A DNA stretch of 64,000 nt, taken from contig JAZSFM010000033.1 of the NCBI GenBank assembly GCA_045532215.1, positions 2,128 through 66,127 of the forward strand. The letters are read 5' to 3'. The translations under genes and the position numbers were made by a program. Shown here one piece after another: positions 47,386-56,226 of the stretch. Source of the DNA: Eubacteriales bacterium. Its GTDB lineage: Bacteria; Bacillota; Clostridia; Oscillospirales; CAG-272. The notes beneath the pieces are model-generated. The model did not search any database, was not told the origin of the DNA, and was given only the letters and a program-made list of their open reading frames with translations. The number at the start of each line of letters is the position of its first letter. Positions within the stretch are counted from its first letter, which is position 1.

Positions 47386-49539
47386 TTATTGGGCTACGTA
47401 GTTATAATGAACAGTAGCGTTTGTTAGCGCAGAGTTATCCTCGCCAATGGTTACGTTGCCCCATTGCTCGGCACTTCCCTTGTAATATACGTTTGCAAGT
47501 GCGTTGCAGGAAAGAAATGCACCGTCGCTGATTCTTGTTACACTTGTGGGAATGACGATCTCCGTCAGCTTTGTGCAGGAGTCGAAGGTATTGCCCAAAA
47601 TTTTGACAACTCCATTGGGAATGGCAATGCTTTGCAAGTTTGAGCAATACTCAAACGCACAAGAACCAATGCTCGTCACGCTTGCGGGAAGCGCGACACT
47701 TGCAAGATTATAACAATGGCCGAATGCTCTGCTTTCAATTTTGGTAACCGAGTCAGGAATTGTTACGCTGGTAAGCTTGGTGCAATCATGGAACGCATTC
47801 TCGCCGATGGTAGTTACTCTGTACCAAGTTCCCTCACTCTCAAAAACAGCAGGGATAACGAGATTTTCACCTTCGACACCGGTGTAGCCAACCAACTCGC
47901 GGTTTTCGGCGGTAACGGTAAAAGCGGTGGGGGTAACGGTTTGACTATAGGAATCACCGCAAGGGCAAGTATATGTCGTGTAGCCATCTTCGGTTGCGGT
48001 GGGGGGAGTAACTACAGAGGTGTAGCTGTGTTCCCCTATAGCCGGAACAATTTCTTGTGCTACAAGAATTTCACAGCAAACATCGCAATGACTACCTTCC
48101 GTCAGTCCTGTTTTCGTGCAAGTGGGTGCAACCGCTTCGTCGATTATTTCGGTGTGTCCGTTTGCTTTTACGATTGTTTGTGCAATGAGAACTTCCCCAC
48201 AAACGCCACAATGCTTGCCTTCTGTCAAACCGGTTTCCGTGCAAGTGGGTGTAACCATTTCGTCAATTACTTCGGTGTGTCCGTTTACTTTTACGATTGT
48301 TTGTGCAATGAGAACTTCATTGCAAATGCCGCAATGCTTCCCCTCGGTCAAACCTGTTTCGGTACAGGTAGCAGCTACCGCCGCATCAACAACCTCGGTG
48401 TGACCAAGAGCAATGATTGTAAGGGTTTCGGTATATCCGCACTCAGTACAGTATCTTTGCTTGATTCCGCTTGCTATACAAGTTGCCTCTTTGAGGGTGA
48501 ACCACTCACCGAACGTATGCTCAACCGTGGGCGGATCTTGCCATACGGTGCCTACGTTTACGGGATTTTCGGGATCATCGGAATAGGTAATCCACAAACA
48601 ACCATCAATAATTTCTACTTTGATAATGCCGTGACCTGCCTCGCCTTGAGGTCCTTGTTCACCCTGCGGTCCTTGAGGACCTACGGGCCCTTGTTCGCCT
48701 TGTTCACCTTGGGGACCTTGAGGACCTACGGGACCCTGTTCTCCTTGTTCCCCTTGTGGACCTTGAGGTCCTACGGGGCCTTGTTCGCCCTGTTCACCCT
48801 GCGGTCCTTGTGGACCTACAGGACCTTGTTCGCCCTGCTCACCTTGGGGACCTTGAGGACCTACAGGACCTTGTTCGCCTTGTTCACCCTGCGGCCCTTG
48901 AGGACCTACGGGTCCTTGTTCGCCTTGTTCACCCTGAGGGCCTTGCGGTCCTTGAGGGCCTACGGAACCTTGTTCTCCTTGTTCACCCTGCGGTCCTTGA
49001 GGACCTACGGGACCTTGTTCTCCTTGTTCACCCTGCGGTCCTTGAGGACCTACAGGACCTTGTTCGCCCTGTTCACCCTGCGGTCCTTGAGGACCTACGG
49101 GGCCTTGCTCGCCTTGTTCACCTTGGGGACCTTGAGGACCTACGGGACCCTGTTCTCCTTGTTCCCCTTGTGGACCTTGAGGACCTACGGGGCCTTGCTC
49201 ACCGATTGCGCCGGTTTCGCCCTTATCGCCTTTGTCTCCGGTCGCTTTTACGCCAAGAGATACCCAAGTATTTCCTCCGTCGTAAGAAGCTTCCCAAATA
49301 TTTTCGTCATTGATTCGCAGTTGCGGAGTGATGCCATCTTTGCCATCTTCTCCGTTTTGTCCATCTTCTCCATTTTCGCCCTTTTCGCCGGGGACACCTT
49401 GGAGACCTCGTTCTCCTTGAGGCCCCTGTTCACCTTGAAGTCCTTGTAGACCTATAGAACTGCTCTCGCAAGATGCAAATGCGCCTACACAGCACAAAAG
49501 CAAAGCAAGTGTTAATAGCAAAGGAAGAATTTTTCCCAT
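47386..49539 (-). CDS. Surface lipoprotein (717 aa): collagen-like G-x-y tracts, four to five Cys-rich modules, C-terminal BspA-type LRR
   Basis: Signal peptide and lipobox [26 protein letters not shown] about 12 times. LRR repeats IPxSVTxIxxxAFxxCxxL. Confidence 0.85.
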   Translation of the reverse strand: MGKILPLLLTLALLLCCVGAFASCESSSIGLQGLQGEQGPQGERGLQGVPGEKGENGEDGQNGEDGKDGITPQLRINDENIWEASYDGGNTWVSLGVKATGDKGDKGETGAIGEQGPVGPQGPQGEQGEQGPVGPQGPQGEQGEQGPVGPQGPQGEQGEQGPVGPQGPQGEQGEQGPVGPQGPQGEQGEQGSVGPQGPQGPQGEQGEQGPVGPQGPQGEQGEQGPVGPQGPQGEQGEQGPVGPQGPQGEQGEQGPVGPQGPQGEQGEQGPVGPQGPQGEQGEQGPVGPQGPQGEQGPQGEAGHGIIKVEIIDGCLWITYSDDPENPVNVGTVWQDPPTVEHTFGEWFTLKEATCIASGIKQRYCTECGYTETLTIIALGHTEVVDAAVAATCTETGLTEGKHCGICNEVLIAQTIVKVNGHTEVIDEMVTPTCTETGLTEGKHCGVCGEVLIAQTIVKANGHTEIIDEAVAPTCTKTGLTEGSHCDVCCEILVAQEIVPAIGEHSYTSVVTPPTATEDGYTTYTCPCGDSYSQTVTPTAFTVTAENRELVGYTGVEGENLVIPAVFESEGTWYRVTTIGENAFHDCTKLTSVTIPDSVTKIESRAFGHCYNLASVALPASVTSIGSCAFEYCSNLQSIAIPNGVVKILGNTFDSCTKLTEIVIPTSVTRISDGAFLSCNALANVYYKGSAEQWGNVTIGEDNSALTNATVHYNYVAQ
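48628..49239. repeat. Coding 45-bp tandem repeat array (collagen-like triple-helix tract)
   Basis: CCTTGAGGACCTACGGG(A/G)CCTTGTTC(G/T)CCTTGTTCACC-type units recur about a dozen times. Confidence 0.9.
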
Positions 49540-49584
49540 GATCTTTCCCTTTTCACGTTTCAGCCCGTCGGCATATATGCGCCA

Positions 49585-49613
49585 ATTATATCATATTTGT
49601 CGAACTTTGTCAA
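49585..49613 (-). promoter_or_regulatory. Promoter of the collagen-like lipoprotein gene
   Basis: On the minus strand: TTGACA (49613-49608), 17 nt, TATAAT (49590-49585). Confidence 0.7.
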
Positions 49614-49713
49614 CCGATCTATATTTTAATAGAAGATATCCAACAAATCCCATAGATAAAGAATTGCAAAAATACACATTTATAAAAAAATAAAACTTTT
49701 TTTCAAAAAGGGC

Positions 49714-49742
49714 TTGACAAAAGAAAGTAAATAATGTATAAT
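49714..49742 (+). promoter_or_regulatory. tRNA-Arg promoter
   Basis: TTGACA (49714-49719), 17 nt, TGTATAAT (49737-49742), preceded by TTTTCAAAAAGGGC. Confidence 0.75.
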
Positions 49743-49766
49743 ATCAAGGTACGAAAAATCGCATAT

Positions 49767-49843
49767 GTGCCTTTAGCTCAGCCGGATAGAGTGTTTGGCT
49801 ACGAACCAAAAGGTCGGGGGTTCGAGTCCCTCAAGGCACGCCA
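49767..49843 (+). tRNA. tRNA-Arg (anticodon ACG), CCA encoded
   Basis: GTGCCTTTAGCTCAGCCGGATAGAGTGTTTGGCTACGAACCAAAAGGTCGGGGGTTCGAGTCCCTCAAGGCACGCCA. Cloverleaf folded by hand; anticodon loop CTACGAA. Confidence 0.9.
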
Positions 49844-49846
49844 AAA

Positions 49847-49884
49847 AGAAGCATCCATCGCCAAACGATGGATGCTTCTTTTTG
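49847..49884 (+). terminator. Rho-independent terminator after tRNA-Arg
   Basis: 14-bp stem AGAAGCATCCATCG-CCAAA-CGATGGATGCTTCT plus TTTTT. Confidence 0.85.
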
Positions 49885-49902
49885 TTCTTGTCTTTATTAA
49901 CG

Positions 49903-49996
49903 CAGAACCCCACAAATTTTTGCGCGCAAAAATTTGTTATAACGTGCGCACAGTGTCTTTCGCATTCTGCTGCATAGTACGCACGTTTGGGTTCTG
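49903..49996. other. Unassigned structured segment: possible three-way junction containing a 26-bp perfect palindrome
   Basis: Outer pairing CAGAACCC (49903-10) with GGGTTCTG (49989-96). Palindrome ACAAATTTTTGCGCGCAAAAATTTGT (49912-37). Second hairpin AACGTGCG (49941-48) with CGCACGTT (49980-87). Confidence 0.35.
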
Positions 49997-50022
49997 AACC
50001 CCTCTGCCTCCAACAAATAAGG

Positions 50023-50066
50023 AACAGTAGATTGATACCATCGTATCGATCTACTGTTTTCTTTTT
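50023..50066 (+). terminator. Rho-independent terminator (first of two in tandem)
   Basis: Stem AACAGTAGAT...ATCTACTGTT with an inner extension, then TTTTCTTTTT. Confidence 0.75.
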
Positions 50067-50074
50067 ATCGTTAA

Positions 50075-50120
50075 AAGATTGGTATTCGTTAAATTGCCGA
50101 TATGCCAATCTTATCTTTTT
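50075..50120 (+). terminator. Rho-independent terminator-like hairpin (second of two)
   Basis: AAGATTGG...CCAATCTT followed by ATCTTTTT. Confidence 0.55.
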
Positions 50121-50329
50121 GGTTGCAATTTTCACTTCACCTCGTGCGCAAACGTATTGCAAACAAGACCAAAGCAAAGCATACCCTCGAAACCTTGCGC
50201 TTGTCCGAAGAAATTATGAACTCCTAAAAAAATTCAGGATTAACAAAACGCAAACATTTCGCAAAAAAATCAAAAACAATCGCGGAATATAATGGTATCA
50301 CAAAATAAAACGAAAGCAGGTAACAAAAA

Positions 50330-50692
50330 ATGAACAGAAACGATCAATACACAGCGGAAAGAATTCGCACACAGTACACAGCAAGACAAACCACAGAGCT
50401 CGATATGCTTCGCGCTCTGGATGCTAAGGTAAAACGCCCCGCAAGAGGATTTGCATATTTCTTTGGTAGTCTCTCCGCCATCATTATGGGCGCAGGTATG
50501 AGCTTAATTATGACCGACATCGGCACGTATCTTGGAATTGCGAACACTATGACTCTTGGCGTTGCAATCGGTGTTGTAGGGTTGTTTATGGCGATTATCA
50601 ATTATCCTATCTATCGCGGTATTTTGAACCGTCGCAAGGCATTATACGGTGGAGAGATTCTTTCATTGAGCAACAGAATCATCAATCGCTAA
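50330..50692 (+). CDS. Two-transmembrane protein (120 aa), paralog of 53976-54392
   Basis: Shared pattern: helical N-terminus (ELDMLRALDAKV vs RLRRLDASV), GMSL(I/C)MT, a second helix, then YPIY(R/N)xILN. Confidence 0.6.
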   Translation: MNRNDQYTAERIRTQYTARQTTELDMLRALDAKVKRPARGFAYFFGSLSAIIMGAGMSLIMTDIGTYLGIANTMTLGVAIGVVGLFMAIINYPIYRGILNRRKALYGGEILSLSNRIINR

Positions 50693-50718
50693 TAACAATC
50701 ATAATAAAAGGAGAAAAA

Positions 50719-51018
50719 ATGGGATTTTTTAAGAAAGTATTTTCCGATATGAAGGCAAGCGCAAAAGCGCAACATGAGGTTGACAAGGCGAATTTTGAGG
50801 CAGCAAAAGCCGAAAGCCGTGCAAATTTTGAACAAAACAGAGGCCGCAACACCTTTGCAAAAGCAAAGGCAGATGCCAAAAAGCACTGGGATGACGCTCA
50901 CATGAGCCCTTCCGAAAGAGCTGCGCAAATGCAGGCAGAGCGCGAAGCACAAATCGCAGCAGCACAACAACGCACAGCCGCAGCCAACGCTCGTTACGAC
51001 GCGGCAAAAAAGAAGTAA
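50719..51018 (+). CDS. Ala/Lys/Glu-rich helical protein (99 aa)
   Basis: ORF track with AAAGGAGAAAAA SD. Low-complexity sequence. Confidence 0.5.
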   Translation: MGFFKKVFSDMKASAKAQHEVDKANFEAAKAESRANFEQNRGRNTFAKAKADAKKHWDDAHMSPSERAAQMQAEREAQIAAAQQRTAAANARYDAAKKK

Positions 51019-51220
51019 AAATCGACAGCATCAGCGAGGCGTCGGGGAGGCGGCTCGCTCGGTGGCGGTATGCTACTCTTTATGATGGTTTCGATGATCA
51101 CGCCCTTGAACTCGACTATCATCAATGTTCTGCTCTGTGCGGTAGGCGGTCTGCTCTTTGCCATTGGCCTGGGCGCCATCAGTAAGGTTGTTCTCCAAAA
51201 GACAAGTCTTGTGTAACCCT

Positions 51221-51260
51221 AAGGACAACGTATTTTTTGCGTTGTCCTTTCATTTTTTTA
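51221..51260 (+). terminator. Rho-independent terminator
   Basis: AAGGACAACG...CGTTGTCCTT followed by TCATTTTTTT. Confidence 0.75.
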
Positions 51261-51349
51261 TGGAATTCCATCAAACGTAAACAAAACTTTAACATTTGGG
51301 TGTTATAATAAACACATACAATCCCAAAATCTGTTTTTTGGAGGTCAAT

Positions 51350-52021
51350 ATGTTCAAAATTTTGATTGTTGAGGATGACAGAGACCTGAACCGCAGTGTG
51401 TGTTCTTTTTTGAACAATTCGGGCTACGAAGCGATTGGTTGCCTTGATGCAGAAAGTGCCTACGACGAAATGTACAAGACCACTTTTGACTGTATCGTAT
51501 CGGATATCATGATGCCGAACATTGATGGCTTTGAGTTTGCCAAAACCGTGCGCTCGCTCAACAACGATATTCCGATTTTGTTTATGACTGCCCGTGACGA
51601 TTTCGCATCCAAGCAGAGAGGATTCCGTATCGGAATTGACGATTATATGACCAAGCCAATCGACCTTGACGAGCTGTTCCTGCGCATCGGCGCGCTTCTT
51701 CGCCGATCCAAGATCGCATCGAGCCGCCGTCTTGAAGTGGGCAATTTCGTGATGGATGCAGATGAAAGAAGCGCATCGTTGAATGGTGAGGAAATATCCC
51801 TAACTGCGAGAGAGTTCGACCTTCTCTACAAGCTCCTTTCCTACCCCAAAAAGACCTTTACGCGCACACAGCTGATGGACGAATTCTGGGACGTAGATAC
51901 GCAAACGAGCACTCGCACGGTTGACGTGTATATGACCAAGCTCCGCGCCAAGCTCTCGGAATGCAATTCCTTTGAGATACAAACTGTCCACGGTCTTGGC
52001 TATAAGGCGGTGATCAAATGA
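51350..52021 (+). CDS. OmpR-family response regulator (223 aa)
   Basis: MFKILIVEDD receiver domain (DIMMP) and winged-helix C-terminus (VDVYMTKLRAKL...VHGLGYK). Start trimmed; GGAGG SD. Confidence 0.9.
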   Translation: MFKILIVEDDRDLNRSVCSFLNNSGYEAIGCLDAESAYDEMYKTTFDCIVSDIMMPNIDGFEFAKTVRSLNNDIPILFMTARDDFASKQRGFRIGIDDYMTKPIDLDELFLRIGALLRRSKIASSRRLEVGNFVMDADERSASLNGEEISLTAREFDLLYKLLSYPKKTFTRTQLMDEFWDVDTQTSTRTVDVYMTKLRAKLSECNSFEIQTVHGLGYKAVIK

Positions 52022-53115
52022 AAGACCCAAATGCAACAAAAAGGATATTAAGTACAATCAGTAATTTCTTCATCTTCTTTTTACTTGCCGCTTTTGTAAG
52101 TACTTGCTGCATTATGCTGTTTATTTCTGCATTGCAGGGTTCCATAGGCCACGAATTTACAAAGGAAGAAATCACGGTAGCTGCTAAAATAACAATGCTC
52201 AACGTAATTCTTTTGAGCATCGTTATGTCCGTTGTAGATTATCTTCGCCGTAAATTTACTGTAGAGCGTCCCGTAAAACGAATTACCGATGCCACCTCAA
52301 AAATGATTGAAGGAGATTTCAGCGTTCGCATTGAACCCGTTTCAAAATTTGCGACGGATGATAGCTTCAATGAAATTATAGAGTGTATCAATAAAATGGC
52401 TGAGGAACTTTCGGGAGTGGAGACACTCCGCACCGATTTTATCGCGAACGTATCCCATGAAATGAAAACGCCGCTTGCCGTTATGCAGAACTACGGAACG
52501 CTTTTGCAAGCTCCCGATCTGACGGAAGAAAAGCGTATTGAATATGCGAAAGCAATCACCGATGCCTCGCGCCGTCTTGCCGATATGATGACGAATATCC
52601 TCAAACTCAACCGCCTTGAAAATCAACAGATCTATCCGCAAATAGAAAAATATAACCTCGGAGAGCAGCTTTGCGAGGGGCTTTTGCAGTATGAAAGCAC
52701 ATGGGAAAGAAAGAACATCGAAATTGAAACCGATATTGCGGATGACGTACTCGTTTCCGCCGATGCGGAGCTTTTGTCGCTCGTATGGAATAACCTTTTC
52801 TCCAACGCCTTCAAGTTTACCGAAGACGGCGGCAAGGTAACGCTCACACTCACGGCAGATGAAAAATATGCTACCGTAAAAATAGCCGATACGGGATGCG
52901 GAATGAGTCATGATGTTGGCACACATATTTTTGAAAAATTCTACCAAGGTGACACCTCTCACGCCACGCAAGGCAACGGACTCGGTCTGGCTCTTGTCAA
53001 ACGCGTGGTCGACATTATGCAAGGAGAGATCGGCGTAGAAAGTGCCGTTGGTGTTGGTACGACCTTTACAGTAAAGATACGGGGGGCTGAAAATGAATTG
53101 GAAGAAAATCGGTAA
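52018..53115 (+). CDS. Sensor histidine kinase (365 aa)
   Basis: Two transmembrane helices, H-box SHEMKTPLA, N/G boxes NLFSNAFKFT, DTGCGM, GLGLALVK. ATGA overlap with the response regulator gene. Confidence 0.9.
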   Translation: MKDPNATKRILSTISNFFIFFLLAAFVSTCCIMLFISALQGSIGHEFTKEEITVAAKITMLNVILLSIVMSVVDYLRRKFTVERPVKRITDATSKMIEGDFSVRIEPVSKFATDDSFNEIIECINKMAEELSGVETLRTDFIANVSHEMKTPLAVMQNYGTLLQAPDLTEEKRIEYAKAITDASRRLADMMTNILKLNRLENQQIYPQIEKYNLGEQLCEGLLQYESTWERKNIEIETDIADDVLVSADAELLSLVWNNLFSNAFKFTEDGGKVTLTLTADEKYATVKIADTGCGMSHDVGTHIFEKFYQGDTSHATQGNGLGLALVKRVVDIMQGEIGVESAVGVGTTFTVKIRGAENELEENR

Positions 53116-53983
53116 GGCATTGCTTTTTCCACACATCGTCATTATGATCTCTCTCGTTCCCCTTGCCACCATTCTGCTTGTTGGCTCTATGGTGTTTGTG
53201 GGAACAGAGTCGCCCATCGCCTATATTTCCTACGTGCTTGCCGCCTATACTTTGACAATTTGGTGTATGAAAATACCGCACTTAGTCCGTTTTTTCAAAA
53301 TGTTTAAGGAGAAAAACAAATACGCGAGAAGATGGCAAGACGATACGCGTCTTCGCGTGAATGTGTCCCTCTACGGCTCACTTGCGTGGAACGCATTGTA
53401 CGGACTTTTTCAACTGTGGCTCGGCTTTTATCACCATACCTTTTGGTTTTATTCACTCGGCGCGTACTATATCTGCCTTGGCGTGATGCGCTTTTTCTTG
53501 CTTTTGCACACAAGAAAGTACGCCCCCGGCGAAAAAATGCAAACCGAGATTGTGAAATATCGCGCCTGCGGATGGGTATTTCTTATCATGAATCTTGCGC
53601 TTGCGCTGATCATCTTCTTTATGGTCTATTGGAACAGAACCTTCGAGCATCATATGATCACGGCGATTGCGATGGCGGCATATACCTTTACCGCATTTGC
53701 AATAGCCATTGTTAACGTAGTGAAATATCAAAAATACAATAGCCCCGTCTTTTCTGCATCCAAAGCTATCAGCTTGGCGGCGGCACTCGTGTCAATGCTG
53801 ACACTTGAATCTACGGTGCTCACAACCTTCGGTGACGGAACGATGACGGCTATTACACAGAAATGGATGCTCGGTGCAACGGGCGGCGTTATCTCCGTTC
53901 TCATTCTTGCCACGGCAATTTATATGATCGTCGTGGGCACAAAAAAACTAAAACAATTCAAATCAGAGGTTGAAAATGGATAA
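53093..53983 (+). CDS. Polytopic membrane protein co-transcribed with the two-component system (296 aa)
   Basis: ORF track, with at least 6 hydrophobic helices. Overlaps the 3' end of the kinase gene. Confidence 0.6.
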   Translation: MNWKKIGKALLFPHIVIMISLVPLATILLVGSMVFVGTESPIAYISYVLAAYTLTIWCMKIPHLVRFFKMFKEKNKYARRWQDDTRLRVNVSLYGSLAWNALYGLFQLWLGFYHHTFWFYSLGAYYICLGVMRFFLLLHTRKYAPGEKMQTEIVKYRACGWVFLIMNLALALIIFFMVYWNRTFEHHMITAIAMAAYTFTAFAIAIVNVVKYQKYNSPVFSASKAISLAAALVSMLTLESTVLTTFGDGTMTAITQKWMLGATGGVISVLILATAIYMIVVGTKKLKQFKSEVENG

Positions 53984-54392
53984 TAACAATCAAGAAAAAA
54001 GCAGATTTGCCTATACCTACTCCGCAAAAGAGCAGGCAGAACTGAAGCGCATCCGTGAAAAATATACTACGCCGACAGAAGCCGAGGACAAAATGGCTCG
54101 ATTGCGTCGACTTGATGCAAGCGTAACACAGACCGCTCAGGTCGTAGCTCTTGTGTTCGGTGTCATGGGCGCACTCATTCTCGGCTTTGGGATGAGTCTT
54201 TGTATGACCAACATTGGTAAAATTCTCGGTTCGCATAGAGATATGGCTATGGTCATCGGCATCGTTGTCGGAGTTATCGGCGGTGTTCTCGCAAGTCTCG
54301 CATATCCTATCTACAACGCCATTCTTAACGCAAAACGCAAGAAACTCGCACCGGAGATTATCAGACTTGCCGACGAGCTTATAAGAAGTTGA
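53976..54392 (+). CDS. Two-transmembrane protein (138 aa), paralog of 50330-50692
   Basis: ATG at 53976 with an AGAGG SD. GFGMSLCMTNIG...YPIYNAILNAKRKKL. Confidence 0.6.
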   Translation: MDNNNQEKSRFAYTYSAKEQAELKRIREKYTTPTEAEDKMARLRRLDASVTQTAQVVALVFGVMGALILGFGMSLCMTNIGKILGSHRDMAMVIGIVVGVIGGVLASLAYPIYNAILNAKRKKLAPEIIRLADELIRS

Positions 54393-54695
54393 GCAAATGA
54401 GCGAAAACCTAATGAAGGATACGGCGAATTATTTAGGGCGGACCGGTCAATAAGCAATGTATCATTTCCGCTTTCAAAGATGTATTGCATTAAAGAGAGG
54501 GGTATTACACAAAAAAACGGTAACCAATGATGTTTTCAATGTTTTTTCGTTTTTGTTACCATTTTCAACCTATTTAGGCAGAAGCAAGGAGAGAAAGCTG
54601 ATCTTCAGGTGTTCTACTTGGACTCCAGACAGAACATTGAAAAAATCTTTGTTTTAACAAAAGTGCAATTTTCTTTTCTTTTTTCAAAAAAGGGG

Positions 54696-54724
54696 TTGAC
54701 AAACAAAAACGCGTGTGCTATAAT
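54696..54724 (+). promoter_or_regulatory. tRNA-Pro(GGG) promoter
   Basis: TTGACA (54696-54701), 17 nt, TGCTATAAT (54719-54724), preceded by TTTTCAAAAAAGGGG. Confidence 0.75.
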
Positions 54725-54753
54725 ATTAAGGGCGACCCGATAGGGTGGACGAT

Positions 54754-54829
54754 CTGGGTGTGGCGCAGCTGGTAGCGCGCTACCTTGGGGTGGTAGAGGC
54801 CGCAAGTTCAAGTCTTGTCACTCAGACCA
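54754..54829 (+). tRNA. tRNA-Pro (anticodon GGG), CCA encoded
   Basis: CTGGGTGTGGCGCAGCTGGTAGCGCGCTACCTTGGGGTGGTAGAGGCCGCAAGTTCAAGTCTTGTCACTCAGACCA. Anticodon loop TTGGGGT. Confidence 0.9.
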
Positions 54830-54830
54830 A

Positions 54831-54877
54831 ACACGACTCTGTTGAACCGTAGGGAACAACAGAGTCGTGTTTTTTTA
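54831..54877 (+). terminator. Rho-independent terminator after tRNA-Pro(GGG)
   Basis: 14-bp stem ACACGACTCTGTTG...CAACAGAGTCGTGT plus TTTTTTT. Confidence 0.85.
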
Positions 54878-55030
54878 TTATACTATAAGCAGAAAGATGA
54901 GCACATAGTAGTGTCCTAGGCATTTATCGTTATTTTATCATTTCAAAATTAGCGTGTGTTTCTCGTTTTGCAAAATGTCCGAGAAGTACTAAATTCTCCC
55001 AAAAGATACGTCAATATATGCCTATATTCC

Positions 55031-55243
55031 TCATTTTTCGCCAATGCTCATTTTTTTTATACTTCTTTTAATACTCCTTGTCAAGACTAACGGCGAAGCG
55101 CATGGCTGCGGATTTTCTTCGCTTATTTTGGGGATTTCACCTCGTATACAACCAGTGTTAGAATCATAATAAGTAACCGCTATTGTTTTTTCAAACCGAG
55201 TATTACACAATAATCGATTGTACATTTTTTCTAATGTTCTCAT
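55031..55243 (-). CDS. Hypothetical small protein (70 aa), coupled to the upstream 2TM protein gene
   Basis: ATG at 55243 with an AAGAGGT SD lying across the stop of the upstream gene. Confidence 0.5.
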   Translation of the reverse strand: MRTLEKMYNRLLCNTRFEKTIAVTYYDSNTGCIRGEIPKISEENPQPCASPLVLTRSIKRSIKKMSIGEK

Positions 55244-55254
55244 AATATACCTCT

Positions 55255-56226
55255 TTATTCTATTTCTTGAATCATATTAACAAGATGCTCTTCTAAAAAT
55301 GGATAAAGCAGTTGAGCGAAAATAGTAGCGAATGTGGTAAGTGCATCTACTAATTCTTGCTCATTATCTGTGAATGTTCTTAAGCTATCTACGCATAAGA
55401 ATGCAAGATAATGATCATTGCCTTTTGTATTGTCCTTACCAAATTCTTTTATTACATTAGAAACAAATTGCTTCTTCTGCTTTATGGGGATCACTATCGT
55501 CGATTTGTAATATCTAAGATATCGTGGATCTGGATTGCGATATTCCTTGCCGCAATTTTCGTAACTTTTTTTGAGCTCCTCTAGATTTCTTGACACCCAG
55601 GGAAAACCACAATTTTTTTGGCTTGTATCTAATATTTCTAGAAAACTCGTATTATTTGATACTTTTTGACAATTATCATCCTTATCTGACCGTTCAGTAT
55701 AGTTCTCACATGCTCTTGCGATCGTTTGTGTTGACCAAGTACTGGGATCATCATCTAAAATATCCAGTGCCTTTATTTCCTTTATACACACACCAAACGA
55801 ACATTTCTCATCCAAATATATTTGAAAAAGCAATTCAAAGCACTTTTTGATTTTTTCACAAACACTATTCAAATGAACTTTTAATGCTGAACGTGATATC
55901 TTATTCTCGCTTTTTATAAATGCGGAAACCAATCCAACACTGCTAGCATATTGTGAAAGTTGATCACATAGTTGCCTCATTCCTTTTGCTTGATGTTCTA
56001 TAACCGTCGCTTTCACTTGTTTATGTAAAAACCATTTTCGAACAGTATAGAAAATAAGAATCATTATACCAATAAAAGTGAAAATCCAACATGAAAATGC
56101 CAAATATTCATTTTTTAAAAAACCACTTACAACACTTACTATTGTTCCAACTATAGTAAAAATGAAAGATACTAATAGCGTGTAAGGATTATTTACGAAA
56201 TTGTTAATTCTGTCTTTGTTGTTCAT
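55255..56226 (-). CDS. Two-transmembrane protein with an about 230-aa cytoplasmic domain (possibly GAF-like), 323 aa
   Basis: Start at MNNKDR (AGAGGA SD). Transmembrane helices LLVSFIFTIVGTIVSVVSGF and FSCWIFTFIGIMILIFY. C-terminal YKSTIVIPI...YLAFLCVDS pattern. Confidence 0.6.
   Translation of the reverse strand: MNNKDRINNFVNNPYTLLVSFIFTIVGTIVSVVSGFLKNEYLAFSCWIFTFIGIMILIFYTVRKWFLHKQVKATVIEHQAKGMRQLCDQLSQYASSVGLVSAFIKSENKISRSALKVHLNSVCEKIKKCFELLFQIYLDEKCSFGVCIKEIKALDILDDDPSTWSTQTIARACENYTERSDKDDNCQKVSNNTSFLEILDTSQKNCGFPWVSRNLEELKKSYENCGKEYRNPDPRYLRYYKSTIVIPIKQKKQFVSNVIKEFGKDNTKGNDHYLAFLCVDSLRTFTDNEQELVDALTTFATIFAQLLYPFLEEHLVNMIQEIE

Noticed and set aside
47716-49449. 577-aa plus-strand ORF with [13 protein letters not shown] repeats
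   Set aside because: It is the mirror-image reading of the collagen-like G-x-y repeats on the minus strand. Its periodic low-complexity sequence is an artefact of the 45-bp repeats.
51070-51216. 48-aa hydrophobic ORF (MLLFMMVSMITPLNSTIINVLLCAVGGLLFAIGLGAISKVVLQKTSLV) ahead of a terminator
   Set aside because: It is plausible as a small membrane peptide, but I could not find a convincing SD and several alternative starts exist. It is not reported as a feature.
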